DNA of 54,910 nucleotides from an uncultured Gammaproteobacteria bacterium (lineage in GTDB: Bacteria; Patescibacteriota; Microgenomatia; JALYQM01): NCBI GenBank assembly GCA_964525495.1, contig CAZGHS010000009.1, positions 1 to 54,910 on the forward strand. The letters run 5' to 3'. Below are positions 15,982 to 26,212 of the stretch, piece by piece. The notes under the pieces are model-generated. The model saw only the letters and a program-made list of their open reading frames with translations. It was not told the origin of the DNA and did no database searches. The translations under genes were made by a program, and so were the position numbers. Positions within the stretch are counted from its first letter, which is position 1, and the number at the start of each line of letters is the position of its first letter.

Positions 15982-18900
15982 ATGTGTATGCGACGCACAG
16001 CATTTTTTGGGGCAGTAGCCTTCATTCTTACTTCATTATTTCTGACTAATGTGCCAGCAGTTTTTGCTGCACCACCTGCAAACTTTCAGTCAACCTTAGT
16101 TGCGGGAAGTGGTTTGAACGGTCCTTCAGCTTTCGAGTTCGCTCCTGACGGTCGTATTTTTATACTTGAGCGTGCTGGTAAGGTAAAGATATATAAGAAT
16201 GGTCAGGTTTTAGCCACACCATTCGTTGATCTTCCTTCTGCAGCTTCAGGCGATCGTGGTTTGATCGGTATCGCTTTTGACCCTGATTTTAATACTAATC
16301 ACTACGTTTATTTTTGGTACACCTCTTCAGGTGATTTCATGAATAGACTCGTTCGTTTTACTGCTACTGGCGATGTTGCTACAGATGGTCCAGTGCAGAT
16401 TTACCAGACAGCGCTTCCTTCTCAAGAACTTCACGTTGGTGGAGGTTTGGCGTTTGGTTCTGATGGAAAGATCTATATAGGTATTGGGGACAACGGTTAT
16501 TCAGCCAATGCGCAGAATATGGCTGTGCCTTTTGGAAAAATGATGAGAATTAATAAGGACGGCACGATCCCAGCTGATAATCCTTATGTAGGCCAAGCTA
16601 ATGTGTTGCCAGAAATATGGGCACATGGACTCCGTAATCCATGGAGAGCTCAGTTTGATTCCGTTACGGGACGACTCTATGTTTCTGACGTTGGAGATAA
16701 TAGTTGGGAAGAAGTAAACATGATTAGCCGTGCGGGGAATTACGGATGGCCTACAGTTGAGGGCATGTGTACCGTCAATTGCGGCAATTTTATAGATCCA
16801 GTTCATACATACTTTCATGATGACGTGAGTTCTGCTGTTACAGGTGGACCTGTGTATCGTGGTGACATGTTTCCCGAGTCATATCAAGGACGTTATTTCT
16901 TTGCAGATTATGCTCGTGGATTTATTAAGAGTCTGAGTTTAAATGCAGCTGGTACTGTTGGTACACCTTCAGATTTTGATTTGAGTGCAGGTAGCGTTGT
17001 TGATTTGAAGGAAGCCTATGATGGCTCTATTTATTACATAACATACTATCCAGGTCGTTTGTATCGTATCAGCTATTCAGAAGGTAATACTATTCCGGTT
17101 GCGAATGCTGGTGCTGATAAAACAAAAGGTGTTGAGCCGCTTACGGTTAACTTCACAAGTGCAGGTAGCTTTGATCCTGATGGTAGTCCGTTAACCTTTA
17201 ATTGGAACTTTGGTGATGGCACAACATCTACTGCTGCCAATCCTATAAAAACATTTACTGTTAAGGGTGCCTATACGGTTACTTTGCATGTAAGCGATGG
17301 AGATAATATAGCTGAAGCTGTTCCTTTAGTTATTCAAGTTGGTTTACCTCCGACAGTTCGTATTGCTGCTCCTGAGAATAATTCTTTGTGGAGAATGGGC
17401 GATACTATTTTCTATACTGCTTCAGGTATAGATGGTGCTGGCTTTGACTTGCATGATTCAGATTTTACGACTGAAGTTTTGTTCCATCATGATACACACA
17501 CTCATCCATTCCTCGGACCAATCCAGAGTAAAACAGGTACATTCGCTATTCCTCTCAGCGGAGAGCATGATCCAGATGTTTGGTTTGAGATCATGATTAC
17601 AGCTCACGACACTAATGGGCTGTCTACAACTGAACGCGTAAATATTTATCCAGTTAAGTCTTTGTATAAAGTTCAGACGAACATTGCTGGTATGAACATC
17701 AATATTGACGGAGTTCCGACTGCGGCTCCTTATGAGTCACTTGGTGTTGTGAACTATCAGCGTGAGCTAGAAGCTCCAATGTTCCAGACAGTAGCTGGTA
17801 AGTTGTATCAGTTTGAAAGTTGGTCAGATGGCGGCGCTGCGAAGCACATGGTTTCCGTGCCGGAAAATAATGTTACGTGGACAGCTACCTATCAAGAAGT
17901 CCCAGCCTTTACAGGACAGTATTTCAATAATATGAACTTGCAGGGAGCACCTGTGCTTACCCGCCAGGATCCATCAATTGATTTTGAATGGAATGCAGGT
18001 TCACCAGCTCCCGTAGTTAATGTAAATAATTTCTCAGCACGCTGGACACGTACTCAGATCTTTGGCGGTGGTACCTACACATTTACTACTACAACTGATG
18101 ACGGCGTACGTTTGTATATCGACGACGTGATGATTATGGATAACTGGCAAGATCAGGGAATGTTCCCGGCTGACAGTGTGACTGTGGATATTGCTGCAGG
18201 TGAACATGAGATTGTTATGGAATACTATGACAATCAGTTTGACGCAATTGCAAAGCTTACCTGGTCATTTGTTCCAGGCGAACCTACACCAACTCCGACA
18301 CCTACAACGGGTGGATATAATGCAGCGTTTTGGAATACTCCAACAGCAGGTAGCGCTCCAGCTATCCCTGTTACAGCTCCAGACGTAACTCGTGTTGATA
18401 CTGCTATCGACTATGATTGGGGAGATGTTTCACCAATTGCTCCAATCGCTAAGGATCACTACGTAGTGCGCTGGACAAAGGCGGTGACTTTACAAGAAGG
18501 TTTGTATAAGTTTACTACTGAATCTGATGATGGTATCCGCGTGTATGTTGATAACCTTCCGTTGATTGATCAATGGAATGATCATGGTGTGACTACACAT
18601 ACTGCTGAAAAAATATTAACAGCAGGTGTACATGATATTCGCGTTGAGTATTATGAAAATGGTTGGGACGCAGTTGCTAAATTTAAGTACGACTTTATGG
18701 GTGCTGCTACTCCAATCCCAACAGTTACACCGACTTTGGCTCCAACTGCTGTGCCTACTGCGACTGCTAGTGCTACCCCGGTAGCTTCAGCGAGTGCAAC
18801 ACCAGTTGCGACTGCATCAGCAACTCCTACTCCAGGTGCTGGTTCGGTGATCACCGTGTATGCAGCAGGCATACCAGCCTTAGGAGTATATCCAAACATG

Positions 18901-20154
18901 AATTTGTTAATCAACGATGTGGTAGTTGCTACATTTACTAATGTAGACGGCAATGGCAATATCCCTACTTACAAGCCGTATACTTATACACACGCTTCTG
19001 CTGTTACTGGTGCTCAAGTAAAAGTCCTGTTTACTAATGATGCATATGCAGGGGATGACAACGATCGTAATCTGCGTGTTGACCGTATAACAATTGATGG
19101 TGTGACATATCAGTCTGAGGACGTACGTGTTTACTCAACAGGAGCTGATCCAGGACCAGGATGCGCACCAGGATATCAGGTAACAGAGTGGCTTAATTGT
19201 AATGGATATTTCCAGTACTTTAATCAGGCAGTACCAACAGCTACCCCTGTAGCTACAGCAACGCCTATCGCTACAGCCAGTGCTACACCTGTAGGAACAG
19301 CTACACCAATTCCAACTGGAACACCAGTTTCAACAAACTATTTTGCGGAATACTGGAATAACAAAACACTAACAGGTCCTGCAGCTTTGACACGAAATGA
19401 AACCACAATTGATCATGACTGGGGAATGGGTTCGCCAGATACAATCGTACCGGTTGATAACTTTTCAGCTCGTTGGACTAAAACCGCAAATCTTCCTTCA
19501 GGTATCTATCGATTTACCGTGACTGGGGACGATGGTGTCCGTTTGTTTGTAGATGAAGTTAAGGTAATAGATAAGTGGATTGATCAAGGACGAACAACAT
19601 ATACAGTCGATCTTCCATTACAAACAGGTAATCATGCGATCAGATTTGAGTATTTTGAAACAGGATATACCGCTGTTGCTAAGATGAGCTATACAAAGAC
19701 AGCTGAACTTCCAGTTGGACCTACACCAACTGCAGTCCCAACTCCTACAGCAACACCATTTGATGGATATGTAGCTCAATACTGGAATACACCAGGTGTT
19801 GGTAGCGCTCCAGCTATGCCAGCCGGTGCTCCGACTCTTACGCGAAATGAAGCAAAAATTGATAACTACTGGGGCGCAGGTTCACCAGACGCGTCAATCA
19901 GTGTAGATAAGTTTATTGCACGATGGACACGAACTACTACATTCGCAGCTGGAACATATCAGTTCTGGACTGAGTCTGACGACGGTATCCGAGTTTATAT
20001 TGATGATGAATTGGTAATCAATCAGTGGAACGATCATGGTGTAACAGCCTTTACTGGAAATAAAACATTAACAGCAGGTGCGCATACTATCCGTGTTGAA
20101 TATTACGAAGGCGGATGGGATGCAGTAGCTAAATTTAATTGGACACAGTTATAA
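15982..20154 (+). CDS. secreted multidomain protein: PQQ-type sugar (glucose/sorbosone) dehydrogenase beta-propeller + PKD + 4x PA14 + CBM-like module
   Basis: 1390 aa with a signal peptide ending VFA/AP. The SGDH-like propeller carries GLIGIAFDPDF, HVGGGLAFG.DGKIYIGIGDNG, HGLRNPWR and NYGWP. The PKD domain has PLTVNFTSAGSFDPDG...WNFGDG. Four PA14 repeats each contain FSARW/VVRW/IARWT...DDG(V/I)R(L/V)(Y/F)(I/V)D. PT/ASATPVA linkers separate the domains. Confidence 0.85.
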   Translation: MCMRRTAFFGAVAFILTSLFLTNVPAVFAAPPANFQSTLVAGSGLNGPSAFEFAPDGRIFILERAGKVKIYKNGQVLATPFVDLPSAASGDRGLIGIAFDPDFNTNHYVYFWYTSSGDFMNRLVRFTATGDVATDGPVQIYQTALPSQELHVGGGLAFGSDGKIYIGIGDNGYSANAQNMAVPFGKMMRINKDGTIPADNPYVGQANVLPEIWAHGLRNPWRAQFDSVTGRLYVSDVGDNSWEEVNMISRAGNYGWPTVEGMCTVNCGNFIDPVHTYFHDDVSSAVTGGPVYRGDMFPESYQGRYFFADYARGFIKSLSLNAAGTVGTPSDFDLSAGSVVDLKEAYDGSIYYITYYPGRLYRISYSEGNTIPVANAGADKTKGVEPLTVNFTSAGSFDPDGSPLTFNWNFGDGTTSTAANPIKTFTVKGAYTVTLHVSDGDNIAEAVPLVIQVGLPPTVRIAAPENNSLWRMGDTIFYTASGIDGAGFDLHDSDFTTEVLFHHDTHTHPFLGPIQSKTGTFAIPLSGEHDPDVWFEIMITAHDTNGLSTTERVNIYPVKSLYKVQTNIAGMNINIDGVPTAAPYESLGVVNYQRELEAPMFQTVAGKLYQFESWSDGGAAKHMVSVPENNVTWTATYQEVPAFTGQYFNNMNLQGAPVLTRQDPSIDFEWNAGSPAPVVNVNNFSARWTRTQIFGGGTYTFTTTTDDGVRLYIDDVMIMDNWQDQGMFPADSVTVDIAAGEHEIVMEYYDNQFDAIAKLTWSFVPGEPTPTPTPTTGGYNAAFWNTPTAGSAPAIPVTAPDVTRVDTAIDYDWGDVSPIAPIAKDHYVVRWTKAVTLQEGLYKFTTESDDGIRVYVDNLPLIDQWNDHGVTTHTAEKILTAGVHDIRVEYYENGWDAVAKFKYDFMGAATPIPTVTPTLAPTAVPTATASATPVASASATPVATASATPTPGAGSVITVYAAGIPALGVYPNMNLLINDVVVATFTNVDGNGNIPTYKPYTYTHASAVTGAQVKVLFTNDAYAGDDNDRNLRVDRITIDGVTYQSEDVRVYSTGADPGPGCAPGYQVTEWLNCNGYFQYFNQAVPTATPVATATPIATASATPVGTATPIPTGTPVSTNYFAEYWNNKTLTGPAALTRNETTIDHDWGMGSPDTIVPVDNFSARWTKTANLPSGIYRFTVTGDDGVRLFVDEVKVIDKWIDQGRTTYTVDLPLQTGNHAIRFEYFETGYTAVAKMSYTKTAELPVGPTPTAVPTPTATPFDGYVAQYWNTPGVGSAPAMPAGAPTLTRNEAKIDNYWGAGSPDASISVDKFIARWTRTTTFAAGTYQFWTESDDGIRVYIDDELVINQWNDHGVTAFTGNKTLTAGAHTIRVEYYEGGWDAVAKFNWTQL
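17908..20151 (+). repeat. four in-frame PA14-domain coding repeats
   Basis: Repeat units lie at about 17908-18270, 18316-18696, 19339-19698 and 19768-20151. They are separated by Pro/Thr linkers. A non-PA14 insert at about 18840-19140 carries the motif NDRNLRVDRITIDG. Confidence 0.8.
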
Positions 20155-20158
20155 AAAT

Positions 20159-22288
20159 ATGAAAAAAGTTGTTGTAGTTTTACCAACATATAACGAAAAA
20201 GAGAATATAGAGCGTATTCTTGATGCTATTCTGATGCAAGCAAATAAGCTTGTTGATATGTCCTTGCATGTGCTAGTTGTCGATGACAACTCACCAGATT
20301 GCACAGGCGCAATTGTTCGCACCTATATGCAATCTCATCCTCAGGTTTCGATCTTGGCTGGTCAAAAAGAAGGGCTTGGAAGAGCATATATTCGTGGATT
20401 CCAATATGCGATATCACAGATGAAAGCAGATGTCGTAATGGAGATGGATGCAGATTTTTCTCATAATCCACTCGATATTCCTCGCTTGCTTGCACCGATT
20501 CATGAAGGGTATACCTTTGTTATTGGTTCGCGTTGTGCAAAAGGTGGGTCAATTCCAAAAGATTGGCCTAAGCTTCGTATCTGGAACAGTGCTATTGCTA
20601 ACGGTTTAGCTCGTTTTGTTGCCGGTATGATCGCTGCTAAAGATTGTACCGGTGGATTCCGTGCGATCGACGCTTCGTTAGTATCCTCACTGTCTTTGGA
20701 TACTTTGAATGTAAAGGGATATGCATTTCAGATTAGCTTATTGCATGCAGCGCTTAAAAAAGGTGCTCGTGTATTTGAAGTCCCAATTCATTTTACTGAC
20801 CGACAGTTTGGGCAGTCAAAAATTCGTATTTCCGATATTACAGAGTTTGTAAAAACCGTATTTGCGCTCCGATTTAGCTTTTTGATGTCACGCGCATTCT
20901 ATTTCCGTGCTGCATTGGTATTGTTTGGCATAGCCTGTGTTGTTGCAACTTTTGGGCTTAGTTACTATTTATTTATTAATGCTGTGTTTTCTACTGTTAT
21001 AATCGTTGGTTTGTGTATTTTCTCACTTGTTATGACAGCTCATGGCCTGTTTACGCTATCTTGGATGTATTATGCCTGGGCTGATGGAAGTTATGCCGAA
21101 GAGCACAAATCCCCTCGAGTTTATTCTCCAGCATCATTTAGTTTTACGGCTCTTCTTCCAGCTCGGTTTGAAGAGAAAGTAATTTATGATACGGTGATGA
21201 GTGTTGCCAAAATAACCTATCCTGAAGACCTCAAAGAAACATTGGTTATTATTCGTGAAGACGACACTAAGACAATTGCAGAAGTTGAGCGAGCAATTCG
21301 TGACCTTGGTGGAAATAATGTTCGATTAGTTATATCTAATGATTATCCTATCAACAAGCCACATAGTTTGAATATTGGTCTTGCAGAGGCTAAAAACCAA
21401 GTTGTAGCAGTGTTTGATGCAGAGGATGAGCCTCATAAAGATATTTATAACATTATTAACACTGTTATGATCCGTGACAATGCTGATGTCGTACAGTCAG
21501 GAGTGCAGTTGATGAATTATCGATCAAATTGGTACTCAACGTTCAATGTATTGGAATACTTCTTCTGGTTTAAATCAGCACTTCACTTTTTTGCACGAAT
21601 CGGAATTATTCCGCTTGGTGGAAATACCGTGTTCTTTAAGAAGGGTCCTTTACAGAAAATTGGTGGATGGGACGAGCAATGTCTTACAGAGGATGCTGAT
21701 GTTGGTATACGTTTAAGTATTGCAGGGGCTAAAATCAGTATTGTGTATGATGAGGCTCATGTTACTCAGGAAGAGACTCCACCAACTCTTTTGTCTTTTG
21801 TGCACCAGAGAACTCGTTGGAATCAAGGATTCATCCAGATTTTCTTAAAGGGAGCCTGGAAGGGATTGCCTACATTGCGACATAAATTAATTGCGTTGTA
21901 TATTCTACTTGGTCCAGAGCTCCAGACTTTGATGTTCTTGAGTCTACCGTTTACGTTGTTTATGGTTTTCTTTATCAAGCTTCCTGTCTGGGTAGTGCTG
22001 CTCTCGTTCGTGCCATTTTACATTTTGATCTTGCAGCTTTTGACTTATAACATTGGTTTGTATTTCTTTACTCGCGATTATAAGTTGCGTTACCCATGGT
22101 GGATGAGTTTGGTCACTATAGTGACATATTATCCATTCCAGTTAGTACTTGGATTCAGCGCAGTGCGTGCTATTGGCCGTGTTATGCAAAAGAATTTGGC
22201 TTGGGAGAAAACAACACACGTTAATGCACATCGTATTCAATCAGTAGAAGTATCCTCTGTTGCAGCATATGCACTCGAGCAGGCTTAA
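20159..22288 (+). CDS. fusion: polyprenyl-phosphate hexose synthase-like GT2 (Ppm1/DPM1-like) + TM segments + processive beta-glycan-synthase-like GT2
   Basis: 709 aa. The N-terminal domain has VVLPTYNEKENI...VVDDNSPD...EMDADFSH...FRAID...QSKI. Four or more TM helices follow. The C-terminal domain carries D, DxD (FDAEDE), TED (LTEDADVG) and QxxRW (QRTRW) motifs, followed by further TM helices. Confidence 0.8.
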   Translation: MKKVVVVLPTYNEKENIERILDAILMQANKLVDMSLHVLVVDDNSPDCTGAIVRTYMQSHPQVSILAGQKEGLGRAYIRGFQYAISQMKADVVMEMDADFSHNPLDIPRLLAPIHEGYTFVIGSRCAKGGSIPKDWPKLRIWNSAIANGLARFVAGMIAAKDCTGGFRAIDASLVSSLSLDTLNVKGYAFQISLLHAALKKGARVFEVPIHFTDRQFGQSKIRISDITEFVKTVFALRFSFLMSRAFYFRAALVLFGIACVVATFGLSYYLFINAVFSTVIIVGLCIFSLVMTAHGLFTLSWMYYAWADGSYAEEHKSPRVYSPASFSFTALLPARFEEKVIYDTVMSVAKITYPEDLKETLVIIREDDTKTIAEVERAIRDLGGNNVRLVISNDYPINKPHSLNIGLAEAKNQVVAVFDAEDEPHKDIYNIINTVMIRDNADVVQSGVQLMNYRSNWYSTFNVLEYFFWFKSALHFFARIGIIPLGGNTVFFKKGPLQKIGGWDEQCLTEDADVGIRLSIAGAKISIVYDEAHVTQEETPPTLLSFVHQRTRWNQGFIQIFLKGAWKGLPTLRHKLIALYILLGPELQTLMFLSLPFTLFMVFFIKLPVWVVLLSFVPFYILILQLLTYNIGLYFFTRDYKLRYPWWMSLVTIVTYYPFQLVLGFSAVRAIGRVMQKNLAWEKTTHVNAHRIQSVEVSSVAAYALEQA

Positions 22289-22296
22289 GGAAGACT

Positions 22297-24939
22297 ATGA
22301 ATACTTTCAAATCTTTCTTATCCCGTATTAAAGTTGAGCACATACTTATTTTTGTGTTGCTTGAAATTTCTGCGATTGCTCATGGCTATAACATGTTTAA
22401 TTTTCCTTATTATGAAAATGATGAAGGAACGTATATGTCTCAAGCGTGGTCTGTAGTGACGCAAGGGGAGCTGGCGCCTTACACATACTGGTATGATCAT
22501 GCGCCGCTTGGATGGTTTTTCATTGGGTTATGGACATTGGTAACGGGCGGATTCTTTACTTTTGGTATGTCTGTCAATTCTGGTCGTGTGTTTATGCTTG
22601 TATTACAAGTTGTTTCTTCGTTTTTCTTGTATGCAATCACAAAGAAGGTGACTGGTAGTAAACTCGGTGGAATTATAGCCGTGTTGCTGTTTTCGCTTTC
22701 ACCATTGGCAATTTACTTTCATCGTCGTGTGTTGCTTGACAATATAATGGTGTTTTGGCTACTGGCTTCATTTTATGTATTGACTGTTAAAAGATTACGA
22801 ATTACGACGATTGTGTTTTCGGCTTTGTTATTTGGTATAGCTATATTAACTAAAGAGAGCGCAGTATTTTTTATTCCAGCGATGATTATGATATTAGTTG
22901 TTCAGCTGAAAGCTGAGCAGCGAATCTTCTCGATCGTACAGTGGGTTGCGATTGTTGCTTCAATTGTATCTGTGTATATCTTGTATGCAGTGCTTAAGGG
23001 TGAGTTCTTTGCAAGCGGTTCCTTGCTTGGTGGTTCGGGGCAGCATGTGAGTTTACTTGAGACCCTGAAGTTTCAAGCCGCGCGTGGTAATGGTGCCCCT
23101 TTATGGGATTTGGGACGGAATCAGTTTGTGCATGAAGTGACGCAATGGTTTAAGCAAGATGCGTTTTTGATCGTGTCTGGTGGGATAGCAGTAGTGAGCA
23201 TGATTTTTGTGAGCTTTAAAAAACGTCAGTATCTTCCTTTCGTAGTTGCTGCTTTAGGATATTTGTTTTATTTAGCGCGTGGTGGAAATATTATTGAGTT
23301 TTATGTATTGCCGCTTATTCCGATTATTGCGTTGTTAGTTGGTGGTGTGGTTTGTGAAGCTTCTCGTTTAGTTTTGAGTTTGCTTTCTTTAAAAAGTAAC
23401 TCATTTAAACTGCAGTATGCGATGTATGGTATCACGACACTCGCGATGGTTGTAGGAATTTCCTATTATTATGCTAATTTTGGCATGATGAATCGTGGAC
23501 ACAATATTTATACTGCAAATCAAACTAAAGCTCAGATAGAAGCAGTTGCGTGGATTCGTGAGCATGTGAATCCGGAAACAGTGTTTACCTTTGATAACTA
23601 TGCACATATTGATTTGAAATCAACTCAAAATCCAAGTGGAGTATATTTTCCTCAAGCACAGTGGTACTTAAAAGTGGATTCAGATCCTGAAGTTAGATAC
23701 GATGCGCTTGGAGGAACTGCAGCATCGATATCCATGATCGCCATGACTCCTCAGACGCATTATGATATCGAGCATAATGAATTAAACTTTCTTAAGAGTG
23801 CAGCTGATCAGTCAGACAAGGTTAAAGTGTTTTGGAGTGAGGGATGGGGTGTCGAGATTTGGGAAACAAAATTTCCTGCACATTTAATGGCTCGGTCGTG
23901 GGATAGCTATAAAAAATCATTTATCACACAAGACGGTCGAACTATAGATCTAGAACATAGCTACGAGACATCATCTGAGATGCAAGCGTATTCTATGTTG
24001 CGTGCAGTGTGGATTGATGATAAAGAAACGTTCGATTTGCTTTGGTCATGGAGTGAGAAGAACTTACAAAAGGAGAATAAGTTGTTTGCAGGGCTTTGGG
24101 GAGAGTTGCAAAATGGAGAGTGGGGTGTAGAGGCAACTGCATCTCGTAGTAGTGCAGATGTAGATTCTGCATTGGCTTTGATTTTGGCTTCAACTAAGTG
24201 GAACGATGCTTCATATTTGGAGGATTCAAAGCAGATTGTTCAAGCGATACGAACTCATGAAATAGCATCAGGAAAATATGTATTGGCTGGAGATGCACAG
24301 TCACAGAAAGATATCGTAGTGCATGTTCCTTCATTATCACCTTATGCGTATCGAGCTTTTGCCAGTGTTGATACAGGATATGATTGGAATGGGGTTCTAA
24401 CTACTACTTACGATATGCTTGCAGGCTGTAGTTCTCTTTCTAGTGTCTATATTTCTCCAGAATGGTGTAGTGTAGACACCAAGACTAAGTTGGCATATAG
24501 AGAGGCTCAGGGCGATAATTCAGGTAGAATTGTACGCTCAAGTCAAATCCCTTGGAAGCTAGCGCTTGATTATGTATGGAGTAAAGATGCTCGTGCTTTG
24601 GAATACTTGAAAAAAGGATCATTTTATAAAGATGAGTATTCTCGTTCTGGGAAAGTTTTTACCGAGTACTCGTTGAGTGGTAAGCCTACTTCGAACTGGG
24701 AATCTGTCGCTGGATATGCAGGAGCTTTAGGTTCTCTTTCGGTGGCTGATAAATCACAATTAGATAAGCTGTATACCAATAAGATTTTGACTTCGTACTA
24801 TTATGACGATCCAGGATATGTGTATTGGGAAGATCCAGATAATGTATCGGTACAGAATTGGGGTTGGCTTATGGTAGGTCTTTACGATAATAAGCTGTTT
24901 CAGCCTACTTTTGCTGCGCAAACAGCTTCAGCACAATAA
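22297..24939 (+). CDS. fusion: GT-C (PMT/ArnT, GT39-like) membrane glycosyltransferase + C-terminal glycoside hydrolase family 8-like domain
   Basis: 880 aa. The N-terminal ~400 aa are polytopic, with YENDEGTYMSQAW in the first loop (a DE motif). The C-terminal part has GH8-like blocks (TSSEMQAYSMLRAV, SSADVDSALALILAST, SPEW). The GH8 call rests on motif recall. Confidence 0.65.
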   Translation: MNTFKSFLSRIKVEHILIFVLLEISAIAHGYNMFNFPYYENDEGTYMSQAWSVVTQGELAPYTYWYDHAPLGWFFIGLWTLVTGGFFTFGMSVNSGRVFMLVLQVVSSFFLYAITKKVTGSKLGGIIAVLLFSLSPLAIYFHRRVLLDNIMVFWLLASFYVLTVKRLRITTIVFSALLFGIAILTKESAVFFIPAMIMILVVQLKAEQRIFSIVQWVAIVASIVSVYILYAVLKGEFFASGSLLGGSGQHVSLLETLKFQAARGNGAPLWDLGRNQFVHEVTQWFKQDAFLIVSGGIAVVSMIFVSFKKRQYLPFVVAALGYLFYLARGGNIIEFYVLPLIPIIALLVGGVVCEASRLVLSLLSLKSNSFKLQYAMYGITTLAMVVGISYYYANFGMMNRGHNIYTANQTKAQIEAVAWIREHVNPETVFTFDNYAHIDLKSTQNPSGVYFPQAQWYLKVDSDPEVRYDALGGTAASISMIAMTPQTHYDIEHNELNFLKSAADQSDKVKVFWSEGWGVEIWETKFPAHLMARSWDSYKKSFITQDGRTIDLEHSYETSSEMQAYSMLRAVWIDDKETFDLLWSWSEKNLQKENKLFAGLWGELQNGEWGVEATASRSSADVDSALALILASTKWNDASYLEDSKQIVQAIRTHEIASGKYVLAGDAQSQKDIVVHVPSLSPYAYRAFASVDTGYDWNGVLTTTYDMLAGCSSLSSVYISPEWCSVDTKTKLAYREAQGDNSGRIVRSSQIPWKLALDYVWSKDARALEYLKKGSFYKDEYSRSGKVFTEYSLSGKPTSNWESVAGYAGALGSLSVADKSQLDKLYTNKILTSYYYDDPGYVYWEDPDNVSVQNWGWLMVGLYDNKLFQPTFAAQTASAQ

Positions 24940-25042
24940 TCCTACTTTATATCTGTAGTAATTAAAAAATACCTCAGTTCTTGACATCAATAGGGCGTTT
25001 ATACTATCTTTAATGTGTATTATTACTATAAAGTAATGTGTT

Positions 25043-26209
25043 ATGGATTATGTTACGCGTGAGCAATGGAATTTAATTTTTGCTCATACTTCTGAAGCAA
25101 TTTTTTTTGTTAACGAGAATGAGCTTGTTGAATCAATGAATCCGGCCGCTGAACAGTTGGTAGGGTTTACTCAGAACGAAGCATTAGGGAAATCTATTTA
25201 TGAGATTATTCGAATTGATCCCAAAAGCGATGCTTCGTTGTATCAGTTTTTGTCATTAAGAGCAGAGAATTCTGAGCTTAAACCAGGTTATCTTGAGTTT
25301 CAAATTATACAAAAAAATGGCGAACATGTATGGATTAGCTGTTCGTTTACGCGCATTTCCGACGAGTCTGAAGAGAAAATTGCAATATTTGCTCGCAATA
25401 TTAGTGAAGCAAAGAAAGCGGAACAGATGCGTTCAGATTTTATTTCGATTGCTTCTCATGAACTGCGTACTCCGCTGACAGTTATTGCCGGTTATTTATC
25501 TTTATTGATGGCAGGTAAGGTAGGTAAGCTGGCTGATAAGCAGGCCAATTTTGTGAAACAGATTTATGAAGACACGCAGAGCCTGTCCAGCTTGGTTGAG
25601 GATTTGTTGGATGTATCACGTTTGGATAGCGGGAAATTTCGTCTTCATAAAACACCACTGTCATTGTCAGATATAGTTCTTAAAACGGTCGAAAGCTTGA
25701 ATGACAAAGCACTGGAGAGAAACATTATAATTGTGTATACTATACACAAGAATTTGCCTATGATTCATGGCGATAAAGCTAAACTGCGCCAGGTGATAAC
25801 TAATATTATAGATAACGCTATTAAATATACGAATCCGGGTGGTAAAATACGAGTAGAGCTTCGAACTGATCGGAACTCATTTCTCTTGACTGTCACCGAT
25901 TCTGGTTACGGCATTGAGAAAAAAGATCTTCCGCATATTTTTGAGAGGTTCTATCGAGCTGAGAATAAGTTACTTGACCGGGTTACGGGTGCTGGGTTAG
26001 GATTGTATATTAGTAAAACAATAATTGAGATGCACGAGGGGGGAATAGGTGTGGATAGTGCTATTGAGAAGGGGACAACGTTTACTATATCTTTGCCACG
26101 CGATCATGTTTTTGAGGAAGGGCATGTGGTAGAGAGGCAAGAAAAAGGACCTAACGCTCTTCAACAATTTTTGTCACAGTTTTTACATGGTAGACGTCGA
26201 AAGGATTAA
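25043..26209 (+). CDS. cytoplasmic PAS-domain sensor histidine kinase
   Basis: 388 aa with no TM segment. It contains a PAS region, an H-box (SIASHELRTPLT), an N-box (DNAIKYT), and G1/G2 boxes (DSGYGI, GAGLGL). Confidence 0.85.
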   Translation: MDYVTREQWNLIFAHTSEAIFFVNENELVESMNPAAEQLVGFTQNEALGKSIYEIIRIDPKSDASLYQFLSLRAENSELKPGYLEFQIIQKNGEHVWISCSFTRISDESEEKIAIFARNISEAKKAEQMRSDFISIASHELRTPLTVIAGYLSLLMAGKVGKLADKQANFVKQIYEDTQSLSSLVEDLLDVSRLDSGKFRLHKTPLSLSDIVLKTVESLNDKALERNIIIVYTIHKNLPMIHGDKAKLRQVITNIIDNAIKYTNPGGKIRVELRTDRNSFLLTVTDSGYGIEKKDLPHIFERFYRAENKLLDRVTGAGLGLYISKTIIEMHEGGIGVDSAIEKGTTFTISLPRDHVFEEGHVVERQEKGPNALQQFLSQFLHGRRRKD

Positions 26210-26212
26210 CAT

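Noticed and set aside
24981-25005. TTGACA (24981-24986) upstream of the histidine kinase as a -35 box paired with TATACT (25000-25005).
   Set aside because: The spacer is only 13 nt, too short for a sigma70 promoter. I found no well-spaced partner hexamer, so it is not reported as a feature.
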